From Salpingoeca rosetta (lineage: Eukaryota; Protista; Choanoflagellata), in NCBI GenBank assembly GCA_033442325.1, contig JAWQFM010000031.1, positions 717,497 to 781,496 of the forward strand: a stretch of 64,000 bases of DNA, read 5' to 3'. Below are positions 38,078 through 52,868 of this stretch, piece by piece (the first letter of the stretch is position 1; each line of letters begins with the position of its first letter). Below the pieces are notes generated by a model, which was not told the origin of the DNA, did no database searches, and saw only the letters and a list, made by a program, of their open reading frames with translations. Position numbers and translations under genes: made by a program.

Positions 38078-39533
38078 TGGGTGTGTGTGTGTGATTGAAG
38101 GATGAGTGATTGGTTGAGTGTGTGTGTGTGTGAGTGAGTGGCTGCAGGATACAGTGGTGTTTTCAGCCTTGTCGCATGTGCACGTGTTATTTGTCAGGCT
38201 CAACAAGCAATTAAGCGCAAATTGAGATAAGAAAAGCACGGCACTCACGTCCGTGGCTGGCACGTCTGAGGAGATGTTGGTGAAGCCCGCAATATCGCTG
38301 AACAGCACGCTCACCTGCCAAAGGAAACGGACAAAGGGACAACACAACCAGCAAATGGATGAGAGAAGCGTTTACAACGCGTATCGACACAAACACACAC
38401 GTACACGTACACACACACACACACACAAAAGTACACGCATACACACATTTACTCGCACGTGCATCTGTGCGCCATCACCAACTCACGTTGTCGTACTGCT
38501 CTGCTGGCGGAATTTCGCCCCGAGCGAGCGAGCTGGCAACAACCTGTATTGGGGCAAGAGATGCGGGAGATAATGCGTACGCAAGCATGAAGGCATGGGG
38601 ACATTTTGACTGTGTGAGGACACCAACGCCGCTGTTGCTTCTTCGCTCATGACACACACACACACACGCACACACACACACACGCCACATAACATCAACA
38701 CACAACACAACAGAGCACGTCACCACGCACCGGAGGGAGGATGCTGTGGAGGAGGCCGTCAATCTGCTTCTTCTTGTCCTGGATCTCGAGCATGGACTGG
38801 TCAAGCTCAGCCATGCGCCGGTCGACCTCGTTGGAGTTCTTGGCAGAGGCAGACTGGAACATGGACCCGTACAGGAACTCGCGGCCGTGGCTGTGCAGCG
38901 GCATCTCGGACAGCTCGATGCGCTGCGCCTCCATCTCCTCGAGGGAGCGCAGGGCCGGCGTGCCGAAGAACACAACGACGTCGTGGTCGCTGTTGTATGT
39001 GAGCTGCCCGTGCAGCTTGATGTTGTCGGCCTTGGCGTACAGCCGGTTGGCCATCATCAGCATGTCTGAACTCGACGCGTTGGATCCGCGGAAGGAGGAT
39101 GCGCACGACACCAGGGACGACCGCATGTCCGACGCCATGTCACCGCCATTGCCCATGAGCGACATGCCCTGCATGCCGGAGGCCAGGCCGTGTGCGTCGT
39201 CATCGCGCAGCAGCTTGGCGTCGACAGAGAAGAGGCACGACACGCCGTCCACGTCCTTGAGCTCGTCAAACTCGGACGAGATGTCGACCGGCCGCAGCAT
39301 GCGGAACACCTTCTTGAAGGGCTTTCCGGCCTGTGGCTCCTCGAAGCGCGCTGCAAGGTGCTTGCCCAGCGACACAATCTTCATGTCGCGGTCAAAGGCA
39401 AAGTGCCATGGAAACAGGTCGTTGGTCACGGACTTGCCCAGGTCAATCGTGCACGCTTCCTTGATCGTCTCGTCGACCTCCGTCGATTCGCCAAAGCCCC
39501 TGCATGTAAGTGTGTGTGTGTGTTGTGTGTGTG

Positions 39534-39584
<51 letters not shown>

Positions 39585-40929
39585 GTGCGTGGGTGTTTGC
39601 AGGGAAGCTTAGGGGTGGGCTGGGAGACATGTGGAGTGCGTTGGCAACATGAAGGACAAGCCCGCACACAATCAAGTTCACACACGCACACTCACGTACA
39701 CACACAGACACATACACACAGATACATACACACACACTGATGCGCACGTACCGTGGGTCCATGTAGACGTGGAAGACGTCGTGGTTGCTTCCTTGGCCCT
39801 TCTTGATGCGGTGGTGGATGTCAATGTCCAGGTCAAAGAGGCGAAGGGCAGCTGCTTCCAGCGCACCCATCATGAACATGCTCAGGCCGGCATTGGAGCT
39901 GTAGTAGTGCACGGTCATGGAGCCGTCATCGTTGCGGACCGGGCGGATGGAGGGTGCGCGCATCTTGGGGAAGGACGGCGTGAACGACTCGTGCAGGCTG
40001 TCCAGGTTCCCCAGGAGCGTGAAGAAGTCGCTGCCGAGCGTGCGCAGGGACGAGCCATACCCGGTCTCCAGGATGCCTGCCAAGAAGAAGCGGCCGGCCT
40101 CAAACTTGCAGTCCTCTTGACTGCGGCCAGTCACCTGTCATTGTGCGATTGCGAGGAGAGGGCGCAGACAAGGCAAGATGGGGCTTGGTAAGGTGGGGAT
40201 CAATGAGGGCGAGTGAAGTGAACAGGCGGAAACAGCGAATTGTGCATGCTGTCACACATGGGAATGACAGGGATCAAGTGCCTTGCGCGCTCACGCACAA
40301 ATTGGCGCGCAAACGACACACGCCATGTTCCGCTTGCAGCTGTTGCTTCAGCCGATCATTACACACACACACACACACATACACACACCCATATCCCATC
40401 TCGCATATCATACGCACAAACACAGATCACATTTTGCACACACATCACATCACGCATCACATCACATCACATCACATCACGTCACACACACACACACACA
40501 CACACGCACGCAACACAACATCACATCAAGCACACCTTTGCGACAGCTGTAAGGAATGAGCCTGTCTGATCGTTGGAGTAAAACCTGAAGAAGTCATCAG
40601 GGCGGCCATCAAAGTCCACCTCCGCCATCACTTGGGTCAGCAGGTCTTCGCCATCAGGCAAGGACGAGATCCATGCTGTCAGGGCCTAAAGGGTGACATG
40701 TGTGACAAGGGGTCCGCATAGCGTGTGAGCCTGACATTGCTGTGTTGGTTGGCTTGCTGGTTTACCACAACACAGCAATCGCGCTTGCGATCGCAATCGC
40801 ACGCGCCAACTTCCGATTGCCACCAGAATCGCGCGTGCAGACGTTCATGCAGCCAGGACCGAGGGAGGCAGGATCAAGCTTGACTTTACAAGGTTCGATT
40901 GATTGTACCTTGTGCAGGAGTCCGTACAT
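37349..40929 (-). CDS. Soluble guanylate cyclase (H-NOX, H-NOBA/PAS, coiled coil, class III cyclase)
   Basis: MYGLLH start; LGNLDSLH, MRAPS, LFPWHFAFDRDM, IKLHGQL, LLHSILPP, VLFSDIAGFT, YKVETIGDAYM, IRVGLHSGP, PRYCFFG, RGHIDIAGKGLMKTY. Confidence 0.93.
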
Positions 40930-41646
40930 CGTGCTTCACTGAAGAAGGGCAGAAGAAAGAAGGCGACTTGGCGAATGCTGTAGAGGTGTCGCAGGGCGCA
41001 GGGCGAATGAGAAATATGGTGTGAGCAGGGCTAGATCACGCGAGACGTGAGTGATGAGGGACGCTGGTTCAAGTGGGGAATGCAACAAGGCAGTAGCAGG
41101 ATGGTTGCGTTGGTGTCAGTTCGTATCACTCGCAAGAGCAGCCACTCATTGTTTAAATGCGATGACGTCACCGTGCAGAAATGTCATTGCGTCAGAACAC
41201 GCAGATATGACGCAATGATGCGAGGGGAAGAACAAAACAACCACCAAACGAACATGAGGCGCATGATGTAGGAGCGGACGGAAGGGGGATGGGACGGTTT
41301 ATGTGTGCAACAAGGTGTGTAGGTTGCGTGGCCACGTGGTGGCGTCGAGAGGAGCACCGAAGACAGGAGAAGGTACACGCAGACCGCCGGAGATGGGAAA
41401 CCGCAAGAGGTTGCAATGAGGTGGAGGCGAAGGGCGGAGGGAAGGCAGCCCACAAGCTACAGTAACGAGCCACGCAACCACATGACATGAAGTGGTCGCA
41501 TCATGTCACGTCATTTGTAACGACACACGAAAAGAAGCACAGACACAGACACAGACACAGACACAGACACAGGCACACAGACACAGACACACACACACGG
41601 ACAGAGACACACAGACACAAGCACACACACATGCACGCACACGCAT

Positions 41647-41683
<37 letters not shown>

Positions 41684-41718
41684 TGCACACACACGCACAC
41701 ACGCACGCAGACACATGA

Positions 41719-44598
41719 CTACTCCTCAAAAGGGGACATGTATTGGACAGAAGCTGCAATGGCGGCGCCCACAGCAAAGCTTTGCGCAAAGGAAAACAGG
41801 AAGCGAAGCAGGCCCGGTTGGGCGGCAGAGGCGTGCGTGGCATCGAGGTGGAGGCCTCGGGTCAAGGGAACGGCAACCTTGAGCTGGAAGGCGGTGGCAA
41901 AGATGACCAGCAGCCACGACACGGTGACGCGCAGTGCCGTTGCCTCCACGACCCAGAGCGGCAGGAACAGCGGGCCCGCCATGGCCAGCCCAGCCATCGC
42001 CGTCACAGCCGCAATGCCGACAGCCTGCGTGTAGGGGGCGTTGCTGCACAGCATGGCAAAGAGCGTGGCGATGAGGAAGACGTTGAGGGTCTGCACGTTA
42101 TCGACGGACAGTGCGCCTGCGGCCTGCTCGTCGCACAGGTCGGCCACCAGCTGGTTGGCGTGCGCACGTGTGCATCGGTCACGCAGCGGGCCGGTGCAGT
42201 CAGGGTAGCGCGCAAGCGCGGCCTCGCACGTATCGCCGAGCTCGTCCAGGTCTGCGCCCGTCCACAGCAGTGCCGGCAGCGCGTGCACGCCGCCAAACAG
42301 GGAGAAGTTGACGTGGGTGACGGCGGTGAGGAAGAACACGGAGAGCGCGTGCGGGTAGAAGGGGTGGGTGACGCGGGACACGATGGCGGCGGGCACGAGG
42401 GCAAGAAACCCCGGCAGGCGGTCCATCAGGGAACGCATGGTGACCAGGGCCAGGTACGCGCTGCCAGCCAGGGGGAGGGTGAAGGCCGCAACGTAGAACA
42501 GCGACGGCCAGGACAGCACCAGCGCGTGGGCCAACACGTAGCAGGCCGGGGCGACCAGGAAGTTGAAGCCGACCACAAGCGACAGCAGGACCGCCGCGTG
42601 CGCCAGCGTGTGCCCGTACAGCGCGGTGGCCAGGCCAGCCACGGCCAGCACGCCGTCACCCACACGGTACCCGTCCCCGTGCTCCTTCAACAGCACACAC
42701 GCGGCGTCGGAGATGGCCACAAACTGCGCAGAGTACACATCAAACACGTCAAACGCTGGCACAGCACCGCTGCCACCACTGCTGGTGTCGCTGGTGACAG
42801 GGCGCAGCCACGGGTAGGGCCCGTGTGCGGTGTCGGCGCGCGACGCAAAGAGCGGAGCAACCGCACGCGTGCCTTCGTCGTCCGTATCGCGCGTGGGGGT
42901 GGGGAAGGAGAGCAGAAGCACGGTGGCGAGCACGTGCGCTGCAAACGTCCACAGCGCAACAGAGGCGAGGGAGAGGCGGGGCGTGACGGCGTGGGCGTGG
43001 GCGGTGGCGCGGAGTGCGCGCGATGACGCGAGATGCACCCCGACACGATGACCGAGAAACAGGCCCGCGGCCAGCACCAGGGTGACCGGCAGGAGGGGCG
43101 CGTTGCCCAGCAAGAGCGATGGCAGCGCCATAAAATGCGCGAGGACGTGTGTGACCTGTGGGGGCAGGTGCAGCATGTCTGGGAGGCCAGCAATCCAGGA
43201 TGTGGCTGTTCCCGGGCAGTAGTGGGCGCAGGTGATGGCGAGCAGGGTGCCTGCAAGCACGGGGTTGAGCAGTAGCGCCAGGAGCGGCCGCGCGTCTCCG
43301 GCGAGAACAACGCTGAGCACGCTGTTGAGCAGGTCGAGGGCGCCCGTCTTGTCTGCGAGCCACAGGGTGGGGCCCCGGAACCTGAGAGCAAGGGTCAGGG
43401 CCAGCTGCAGCAGCACCAGCGCCCGCACAAGCTCCCACACAACGTTGCCGGAGCCAACGAGGAGGAAGTGTGGCAGGGCGCTGGCGTGGGCGTGGGTGTT
43501 TGGGACGCCGTCACCGTCGGTGGCCATGAAGGACGACGCGTTGGAGAAGAAGAACTGCAGGGCGACCACGGCCATGACCGCCAGCAGGAAGCGCACAACC
43601 TTGAACCGAAACAGCTCCACGATGCGCGACTCTGCAACGCGGTGCACGAGCTGCGGGCTGAGGAGGGTTGCAGCGTGGATGTCGGTTCGCAGCTGCCCGC
43701 GCTCGTCCTCCTCCAGCTCCCCCAAGTCCATGGCACCGCCCTCTGCGAAGGACTCCACCTGACGCCGGTGCACGATGCGGCGGCGCGTGTGCTCGTCGAG
43801 CGTGCTCCACTGCTGGCGGAGCTCAAACAGCGCCTGGCGCGTGTGCTTTGATCGGGTGGCAATGTACTCGTCCTCGCTCATGAGCGGGGTGAACCTGTCC
43901 AGGACAGGCGACGAGGCCGGCGTGAAGAAGGACGGCTGCGTTGATCCGCGACGCGAGGACAGCGGGGAGGCCAGGAACGAAAAAGACGACGCCAGGAAGG
44001 ACGTGACGCTGCTGTTCACAACAGTGGTGCTGCTGAACGTGCTCGCGTTCATGTTGTCCGGCGAATCCGCCTCCTCTTCACCAAAGCCGCCACCAAACTC
44101 GCCATTGTTGTTGTGACCGGCGTTCATGATGCCAGCAGCCACACCCATGTCGTCGTCATCGTCGCTGTCATCGGACAAGGAGGGGATGGGCCTTGTGGTG
44201 CCACCAGAGGAGGCCCCAAATCCATTGGTGCTGTCCGCACCTCGATGCCTGCGCGCTGATGCCGCGGACAGTGGCCGTGGCGCTCGCCTTGGTGGCTGCG
44301 ACGGTGTCCCTGGTGGGTTCAGGTCGTCTGTTTCTGTGGACAGCCCGGATGGCATCAGCCAGATGACCGCCTCATACGTGACATGGACAAGGATGAACAG
44401 GACCGCGGACGGCGTCCGTGCGTCGGTCAGCACGGCCCACACAAAGTCTTGCACGTTGTCAAGCAGCTCCAACAGGCCACCCCAAACAGAGCTCCCGCCT
44501 CGGCCTTTGCCTTCGCCTCCTTGCTGCACACTCATCAGCACAATCAGGCACATGGACAACACCAGGGCCGCCCAGGCCACTGTCGTCAACTTTAACAT
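41719..44598 (-). CDS. Intronless 959-aa multi-pass membrane protein of unknown function with a NEMP-like motif
   Basis: Long uninterrupted GC3-rich ORF with more than 12 hydrophobic segments; motif [23 protein letters not shown]. Confidence 0.8.
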   Translation of the reverse strand: MLKLTTVAWAALVLSMCLIVLMSVQQGGEGKGRGGSSVWGGLLELLDNVQDFVWAVLTDARTPSAVLFILVHVTYEAVIWLMPSGLSTETDDLNPPGTPSQPPRRAPRPLSAASARRHRGADSTNGFGASSGGTTRPIPSLSDDSDDDDDMGVAAGIMNAGHNNNGEFGGGFGEEEADSPDNMNASTFSSTTVVNSSVTSFLASSFSFLASPLSSRRGSTQPSFFTPASSPVLDRFTPLMSEDEYIATRSKHTRQALFELRQQWSTLDEHTRRRIVHRRQVESFAEGGAMDLGELEEDERGQLRTDIHAATLLSPQLVHRVAESRIVELFRFKVVRFLLAVMAVVALQFFFSNASSFMATDGDGVPNTHAHASALPHFLLVGSGNVVWELVRALVLLQLALTLALRFRGPTLWLADKTGALDLLNSVLSVVLAGDARPLLALLLNPVLAGTLLAITCAHYCPGTATSWIAGLPDMLHLPPQVTHVLAHFMALPSLLLGNAPLLPVTLVLAAGLFLGHRVGVHLASSRALRATAHAHAVTPRLSLASVALWTFAAHVLATVLLLSFPTPTRDTDDEGTRAVAPLFASRADTAHGPYPWLRPVTSDTSSGGSGAVPAFDVFDVYSAQFVAISDAACVLLKEHGDGYRVGDGVLAVAGLATALYGHTLAHAAVLLSLVVGFNFLVAPACYVLAHALVLSWPSLFYVAAFTLPLAGSAYLALVTMRSLMDRLPGFLALVPAAIVSRVTHPFYPHALSVFFLTAVTHVNFSLFGGVHALPALLWTGADLDELGDTCEAALARYPDCTGPLRDRCTRAHANQLVADLCDEQAAGALSVDNVQTLNVFLIATLFAMLCSNAPYTQAVGIAAVTAMAGLAMAGPLFLPLWVVEATALRVTVSWLLVIFATAFQLKVAVPLTRGLHLDATHASAAQPGLLRFLFSFAQSFAVGAAIAASVQYMSPFEE

Positions 44599-45454
44599 CG
44601 CTCGTCGTCGATGTGGCGGGGTGGTCTTTGTGGCAAGGCAGTGGTGGAGGTGGGTTGTGTTGTGTTGTGGAGTGTGTCAGAAAAATGGAGCACGACAGCA
44701 CATAAAGGAGTTGATTGCGGCTGGAAACGAAAACATACAGCACAAATTGTTGCTTGATTCTGCTGACTCAGCTGCCCCAGTGATTGAAGGGAAGTAGGAG
44801 CTGACTTCGCCACAGCTTCGCCACAGAGAGGGCGCGATGCGGATTGTTTGTGGTCATTTTTCGCCAATTTTCGAGCCATGATTCTCCTTGCTTGCAAGCA
44901 TTCGCTGCAGCAGCAGAGGATATGACGATGCGCATGCACACAAAAGCCACACAAAACACAGCAGTGACACGTTGCTGAGTACACGGCGATGTTTCGCAAC
45001 TGCGCTTCCATCGGCGATGTCCCCGCAGAGCACTCCCACACGCACACACGCAGGAGAAGCAGAGCGAGTTTGTTTGTTTGTTTTTCCGTCGTGACATCCC
45101 CACCGCTGTGGGGCATGCAGAGGAGAATGAAGCGGGGAATACATGGGCTGTTTTCTCTTTGTTTTGGTTTGTGTTTGCGGCGTGGGGTTGTGCGTCAACA
45201 GCCCGCGCCAAAAGGACAGCAAGCATGCATGCCAGCCAGAAAAGAAGCGAAGAAGGCCGCGCAAGCGCGTTAGCTTCAACTTGCAATGGCAACAACAACG
45301 ACAACAGCCGCGACAACAATGCCTGTGCCGCCTTCACAACTTTAGCTGTGGGAGAATTCGTGATGCAGAGCACTTGCGTCGTCGCATTTCTCCTTGCACC
45401 AATATCACCACCTGCAACAACACCAGCAACAACACCTGCCTCAGCCAAGCGCCG

Positions 45455-46153
45455 ATGTCTCTGGTATTGCAGCCACGCCCTACACCGAGGGTGCGGCGTG
45501 GATGCGTTGCACTCCTGGTTCTGGCAGTGAGCCTTGGGGTTCTCGCCGTTTCCCATCCACTTCAAGCTAAAGCCCTGAGGTATGCGTGCATGTGCATGTG
45601 TGACTGTGACTGTGAGTGTTGTGTGTCTGTGTTTTTGTGTTGCGTTGTGTTGCATTGTGGCTGTGTCTGTGTTTTGTTGCATTGTGGCTGTGTTTGGTTG
45701 GCGTGGACGTATTTGGGTGGCTTGCCACACTGCCGTCATCGTCGTGTAGTTGCCCTCGCATCACGAGACAGCGCTATCCTCACACCCAACTCGAAACGGC
45801 TTGCCTCATTCGTTTTGGCCCCCCCTTCCCTTTACGATCCCTCACATGCTTTGTTGCGTGCTTTGATCTTGCTTGTCTGTGTGCTTTGCTGTGTCTCTGT
45901 GTGGCGTGTCCTGCGACTGCAGTGCTTCAGCAGATTCCTCCTCCCTCCCTCGCCTGCGTCAGCGCCGTGATGTGAGATGCGCACTTGCGCTTTATCGTTT
46001 TGATTTGATGATGCACACGTCAAGCGAGTTTGTGTGGTTTGTGAGCGCGTGGCTCATGTGTCAACTGCGCGTTTTGCTCCGTGTGTGTGTGTGTGTGTGT
46101 GTGTGCGTGTGTGTGTGTGCGTCTCTCTCATTCACACACGCACACACACACAC

Positions 46154-46186
<33 letters not shown>

Positions 46187-47295
46187 TGCACGCACCCCCT
46201 CCTGCACGCAGGTCCCGTCTGCTCCCCCGAGGAACCCGACGACCACGCCCACACCTGGTGGCGCGTTTGCCGTTTCGTGGGAGGCGCCCGACCCCGGCAC
46301 GACCAACGGCGCCATCACCGGGTATGTGATCCGCATCCGCCCCACCGCTCCACAGCCCCCGACGTGGGCCTACGGCAATGCCAGCCTCGACGCCACGGAC
46401 GTGGAGGTGTCATCGAGCACCTTCTCCTACACCCTGGCCGACGAGCTCTCGTTCCCGTTCTCTGGCTACGATGTCGGCGTCGCCGTCAAGAATGCCGAGG
46501 GCTTTGGCCCCTTTGCCATGCTCTCCGTCGACCCGCCAAACAGCATTCCGTCCGGCCAGCCGCGCTCCGTGTCCACGTCCCTCCCACCTGTGGACCCGAT
46601 GACCTACCCGCCAGACGCGGACGAGGTCATCGTGCAGTGGACCGTGCCTGCAGGCATCTGGTTCCGCAACGCGCCCGCCATCGGCTTTGACCTCGTGGCC
46701 ACGCCCGTGCCGGGCAGCACCACGGACGAAGTGGTGACCGTCCGCTTCCCCAAGCAGTGGCAGGACGGCGACTCGCCCGACGAGCAGCTCACGGCGTCCA
46801 TCACGGGCCTCACCCCGAACACAGAGTACGTCGTGCTCGTGTACACGATTGGGCTGGACGGTGACCGCAGCACCGCTTCCTTCATGACCACGGAGAAGAC
46901 GCGTCCGCACCTGCCCACGGTTGCACCTGCGGGCCTCAGCGTAGACGACACCTCTGCCACGACCTTCAACCTCTCCTGGGACGCCATGAGTGCCAGCACA
47001 CCGGGCAGCAATGGCGACATCGTTGGCTATCGCATCTACCACGTGCCCACCGCCGACCGCGGCTGCACCAACATGGCCTGCGCCCCACCCACACCCTGCC
47101 AGGAGGACCCGCGCTGCGAGTTTGGCGTGTGCACGTACACCAACAAGCCCAACTTCACATCCTGTGATGATGGCAACGCCCACACCGTCAGCGACCACTG
47201 TGAGGCCGGCGCATGCATCGGCACCCTCGTCAACCAGCACATCGATCAGCAGCCCGTGCACCGCCACATTTACATGAACGTGAGTATTTTGTTTG

Positions 47296-47328
<33 letters not shown>

Positions 47329-47571
47329 TTGTGTGTGTGCGTGTGTGTGTCTGTGTGTGTGCGTGTGTGCGTGCGTCTGTTTGCGTGCTGCGCCTGTGCT
47401 TGTGAATGCGAGCTAATTTTGCGCTCGCTGCTTTCCTTGATTTGCAGACGCGCAGCCATGGCGGAGGATATATGCCTCGACTCGGCGAGTTCTGGTGAGG
47501 ACGGATGCAACAGCCGGGGAGAGGGTTGAGTCGAGTTTTGGTCGCTTGCGTGTCGTTTTCGCACACACACG

Positions 47572-47627
<56 letters not shown>

Positions 47628-48997
47628 CACTCACACACACACACACACTCACACACACACACACTCGAACGCACACACGCACGCACGCACGCGCTCGCAG
47701 GTACCCTTCTTGGAGTGGCTCCAGCGTCTACAGATATGCAGAGGATGGCACGTACAAGACCAACTTTGGCACCAGCTCAAGTCAGATCATGCAGCTGTGG
47801 GGCGAGCCTGACTCGCTGTACTACTACACCGCCAACTGGGGGTACAATTACTGCCGCAAGATTGGGCCCTTCCCCAGCACCAGCGTGAGGTGGACGTACA
47901 CCCCGTCCCCTGCCACCACCGTCGGAGGCATCGCAACAGACAGCAACTACGCATACTGCATTCAGAACGGGCGATCCACTGTGCACGTGCTCAACAAGGA
48001 GACCGGCTCGCTCGTCCGCACGTTTGACCTGACTGGCGGCAGCATCGGCAGCCTCAACGGTGGCTTTGCAGTTGTCAACGACAAGATCTACTACGGCACT
48101 GGCCAGTACTTCTACCGCCACAACCTGGAGGATGGCACCTTTGATGGCTTCAGGTGTGTGTGTGTGTGTGTGTGTGCGTGTATGGAGTTGTACGCGAATG
48201 GTTGGACGTGCGTGTGCGTTTGCATCAGCCCTAATGTCATGAAGCTGATGCAGTGACACTCACATGCTGTCGCCTATCCTTCCACTTGTTCTCAGGTTCC
48301 AAACCATTCAGACCATCAGCAACATGGCATTCACGGGTCAGGACTTGTGCATCAGCCCCAACAGCGATAACGTGTATTGCTATCAGGTGCGGTCATGTGT
48401 GCGTGTGTGTGTGCATCTATGTGTGTGCGTGTGCGTGCGTGCGTGCGTGCGTGCGTGCGCGCGTGTGTGTGCTTATTCATTGAAATGCTTCACGCTGTCA
48501 CCCCTCCCCCCCAATTTCCTCGTCCTCCACACTCCCTGCTTCGCTTCAACGGCCTCATTCACATGACACCACTCTGCTTCAACTCACACCGCCCCTCAGG
48601 TCATCTCACACAACATCTGGAAGCCCGACGATGGCGCACATCTGCTGGACACCGTCAACGCATACACTTCACTGTATGTTCATATCTAGCGTTCCAGCGC
48701 TGTGCGTGGCACACATGTACTTGGTGTGCATTGTGTGCAGTTGTGCATCGTGCGCACACGTGATTTGTGCAATTGTGTTTGTTATTGTGTTCATTGTGTT
48801 CATTGTGTGCGTGGTGTGCGTGTGCGCTGCCCTCGTCGTGTCTTCTCATCTCTGGTGCCTTTCGTCTTCCTTCTCTTTTCCCTTCCCAATCTCCGCAGGT
48901 CCATGAACACACGCTCCTACGCCGGCGGCTTTGCGCCCATGCACCGAGAATACTGGTGCGTGCCTTGAGAGCAACCGCCCTGAATACCCTCAAGCCG

Positions 48998-49074
<77 letters not shown>

Positions 49075-49076
49075 CG

Positions 49077-49123
<47 letters not shown>

Positions 49124-50072
49124 TTCGGTTTTTGCACCCGTTCACCCCGTCGTTGTGTGATCTGCGTCAAATTGGTTGCACAGGTACCCCTACTGGTCAG
49201 GTTCAACCATCTACCGGGTACGTGAGGCTTGTGATGGGGTCTTCATGTAGCATTGGTGTGGTTGTTATCTTTCACCTTTCAGCTGTTCAGGCACTCTCTC
49301 TTTCTTCTCTCTTGCTGGCATACATGTGTGTGTCTGTCTACCTGCATTGTGCCCGTGTCTTACTGCCTCTCTCACTCACACACACATACTCTACACACAC
49401 ACACACTCACACACACGCACACACACACACACACATGCACACACTCACTCACACACACTCACACACACACTCACACACACTCTACACACGCACCAACTGG
49501 CACTTGCAGTACACGTGGAAGGGCTACTACATTGGCGCGTTCAATGCCGTGAATGGTGTTGGGAGCATCCGCCAGCTGTGGGGATCCCCCGACTCGCCCC
49601 ACTACTACCTGGCTGCCAGCAACTACATCTACAAGGCCACGTGGCCGCAGAACCAGCTCGTGTGGTCCTACAACCTTGGCACGACTGCTGGCGGTGTCAC
49701 CACGCACGGCGACAGCGTGTATGCTATGCGAGCAACGACCAACCTCGTGTATGTGCTGCGCGCGACGGATGGCGAGCTGCAGCGCACGTTCAACCTGGAC
49801 TCGTCGAGCGGCGATAACTTCTCCAACATGTTCGGTGGCTTGGTTGCTGTCAAGGGCAGGCTGTTCCGTGGCGGCAGAGACAACGCCAGGTTCTACAGGT
49901 CAGTCGGCGGTAGTGTTGCGATATGTGTGATAGTGTGATAGTGTGAACATGCGTGGACGCGTGTGTGTCTGTGTATGCATGTGTATCCCATGCGTCATGC
50001 GTAACAACGACCCTCATGGTACATCCTATGTGTATGTTTGCGCGCGCACACACACACACACACACACACGCA

Positions 50073-50131
<59 letters not shown>

Positions 50132-50725
50132 CCAACCAACCAGGCGGTGGCCACGACCTTCGTTTCTACTCCAACTGTGAGCGCGTTAGCACAAACCCCA
50201 ACAGCTATCGAATCGACACCGGAGGTTACTCCAACTCCTGGGCAACCGGCTCCAGCAGCATCTACGTCGATGAGATGGAGGTGTTCTACCTGACCGAGGA
50301 CGCGTATGACCCGTGCGATGGTATTGTGTGCCCAACGAACCCGTGCACCCCCACCAACGTGTGCCAGCTTGGTGTGTGCGTGTCCACCACCATCCCTGAC
50401 GGCACCCCCTGCGACGATGGCGACGCCACGACGGCGTTTGACGCATGTGTCGCTGGCCAGTGCGTGGGTGCTGCGCGGTACTCCAACACGTCCTCCTACA
50501 CCCTCGACGACCTCCACCCCGGACGCACATACGCCGTGCAGGTGCAGGCGTACACCAGCATTGGCGGCGGTCCGCTCAGCGATGCCGTTCACGGCACCAC
50601 ACTCGAGGCGCCACCATCGTCTGGCCCTGTGGACGTCGCCGGCACAGCACTGTCTGATTCGAAGATTAAGCTCACATGGAACGCACCAGCCAACCCGACA
50701 CACAACGGCCGCCTTCTTGGCTACG

Positions 50726-50765
<40 letters not shown>

Positions 50766-52791
50766 TTTGTTTGTGTGTGTGCCTGCATGTGTTTTGCTGT
50801 CTTGTGTTTCCGTTTGTGGTTGCTTGGCACTGAACCAGCTTTCAGCTTTGGCCGTGTTCACTTGTTCACCTCCACCGCTGTCTCCCACCACTCACTTCAG
50901 GTGTACATTGCCTCTGCTGGCGGCCCGGCCGCGTTCGTGACGAGTCTCAACTACTACACCTTCACGGTCACGGGCCTGCTGCCTTACACGGAGTACACCT
51001 TCTACCTGACCACGTTCAACGGTGCTGGTGCGTCACCGCCATCCGAGAGCATCACTGTGCGAACACAGGAGGCACCGCCCGGCCCACCATCCAACGTGCA
51101 GGCTGACGAGGAGCTCTCTGACAACGGCGAGGTGATCACCGTCAGCTGGCAGCCGCCGTACGAACCAAACGGCATCGTCATCAAGTACACCATCTACTAC
51201 CAGAAGTGAGTGATTTTGTGTATGTGTGTGTGTGTGTGTGATTTAGCGCTTGGATGCACTCTTTACGCCATGCTCACACGTGGCGATTCCTCTCTTGTCC
51301 GAATCATCGTCGTCCCCTCAGGCTCGGTGGCACGTGGCAGTCCGTGACCACGTCCAGTGGCAGTGTGCGGTCCGTTGAGATTGATGGCCTGGACCCCATC
51401 TCCACCTATGTGGTGCAGGTGTCTGCGTGGACAGCAGCTGGCGAGGGCGAGCGCAGCAACACCATCGCGCCCACCACCGGTCAAGGCATTCCCCGCACGC
51501 CGCCCGACAACGTCGACGCCAACGCTCTCAGCAAGACGGCCATCAAGGTGTGTGTGTGTGTATGTATGTATGTACTAGTTGCACTGCCTCGCTCACTGAC
51601 AACACCACTCATTCCCCACTTCCCACCACCCCACCGCGCCCACCAGGTGACGTATGACCTGCCGCCGTCGGATGAGGGCGAAGTCGTCGAGTACAGCATC
51701 TACTACACACCAGGTGCGCTGGTGCATGATGGATGGTGCGAATTGTTTGAACCAATCACATGTCGGGACTGATGCTCTCGTGCTTACATCGTCAGTCGAC
51801 ATGAGCATTATGCCATTCGTCACCTCACAGTGTCACTACGTGGCTGTGTGTATGTGTCCTTGTACTGAACCCCAGAGCCACTTCCTTCCTCATGTGAGGA
51901 AATCAGCTGTCACGCTCGCGACACCTGCCACGATGTTGGCGAATGCATCCACGATCCATTCGTAAGTATGTGTGTGTCTGTGTGTTCGCACGGAAGAGTC
52001 GCACGAGCGCCAGCACCAGCACATACGCACACATGCACATGTGATTGTGTTCGCGCGCACTAATGACTCCTGCATGTCCTTGTCCAGTATGGTCCAATGT
52101 GCACCGCTCCGGCCAAGCGCGATGGCACCGAGTGCGACGACGGCGACGACAGGTGAGCCGGGACCCTTGTCGTTGTCATCGTGCACTCTCGCAGGACATG
52201 CGTAGAACGAGCATGCAGTTGTGCGTTTGTGGTGCCTGCCTTCACTGTAGCTCTCATACGCCATGTACGCACGCGCGCGCACACACACACACACACGCAC
52301 ATGCACCTACACACACATAATACAACGCGCTCACAACGTACCTACACGCCGCATGTGGCCGGCTTGCAGCACTGGCTTTGACACGTGCGTGATGGGGCAG
52401 TGTCGCAGCGTGCCGCGGCCCCAGCCCGTGTCTCCAGTCACGTCGACGTTCAGCGGCACGTGGTCGACACGCAGTTACGGCATGGCATACAACCCGCGCC
52501 GCAACGAGTGGTGGTTCCCCGAGTACACATCTTCGTCCACAGGCACGGTCGTTTACCGGTGAGTGGGGCTGCTGTTACAGGGGGGAGGCATTGTGTGTGC
52601 TTCCACGCTCCGTGTCATGCACGCACAACCAGACTTTTCGCACTCTCGCACATTTTCTCACATCCTGTCCATTGCATCGCGTTGTGTTGTGTTCCGCTGC
52701 CGGTATCAGGTACTCTGCCGACGATCTGACGACGCTCGTTGGCCGCTTCCGCATCCAACAGCGCCGATACGTGAGTCGCATTGCTGGAGTT

Positions 52792-52868
<77 letters not shown>

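Noticed and set aside
41743-43026. Long antisense ORF (427 aa), and similar ones opposite the aGPCR, sGC and FN3 exons
   Set aside because: Expected shadow ORFs of GC3-rich coding sequence; no recognisable motifs
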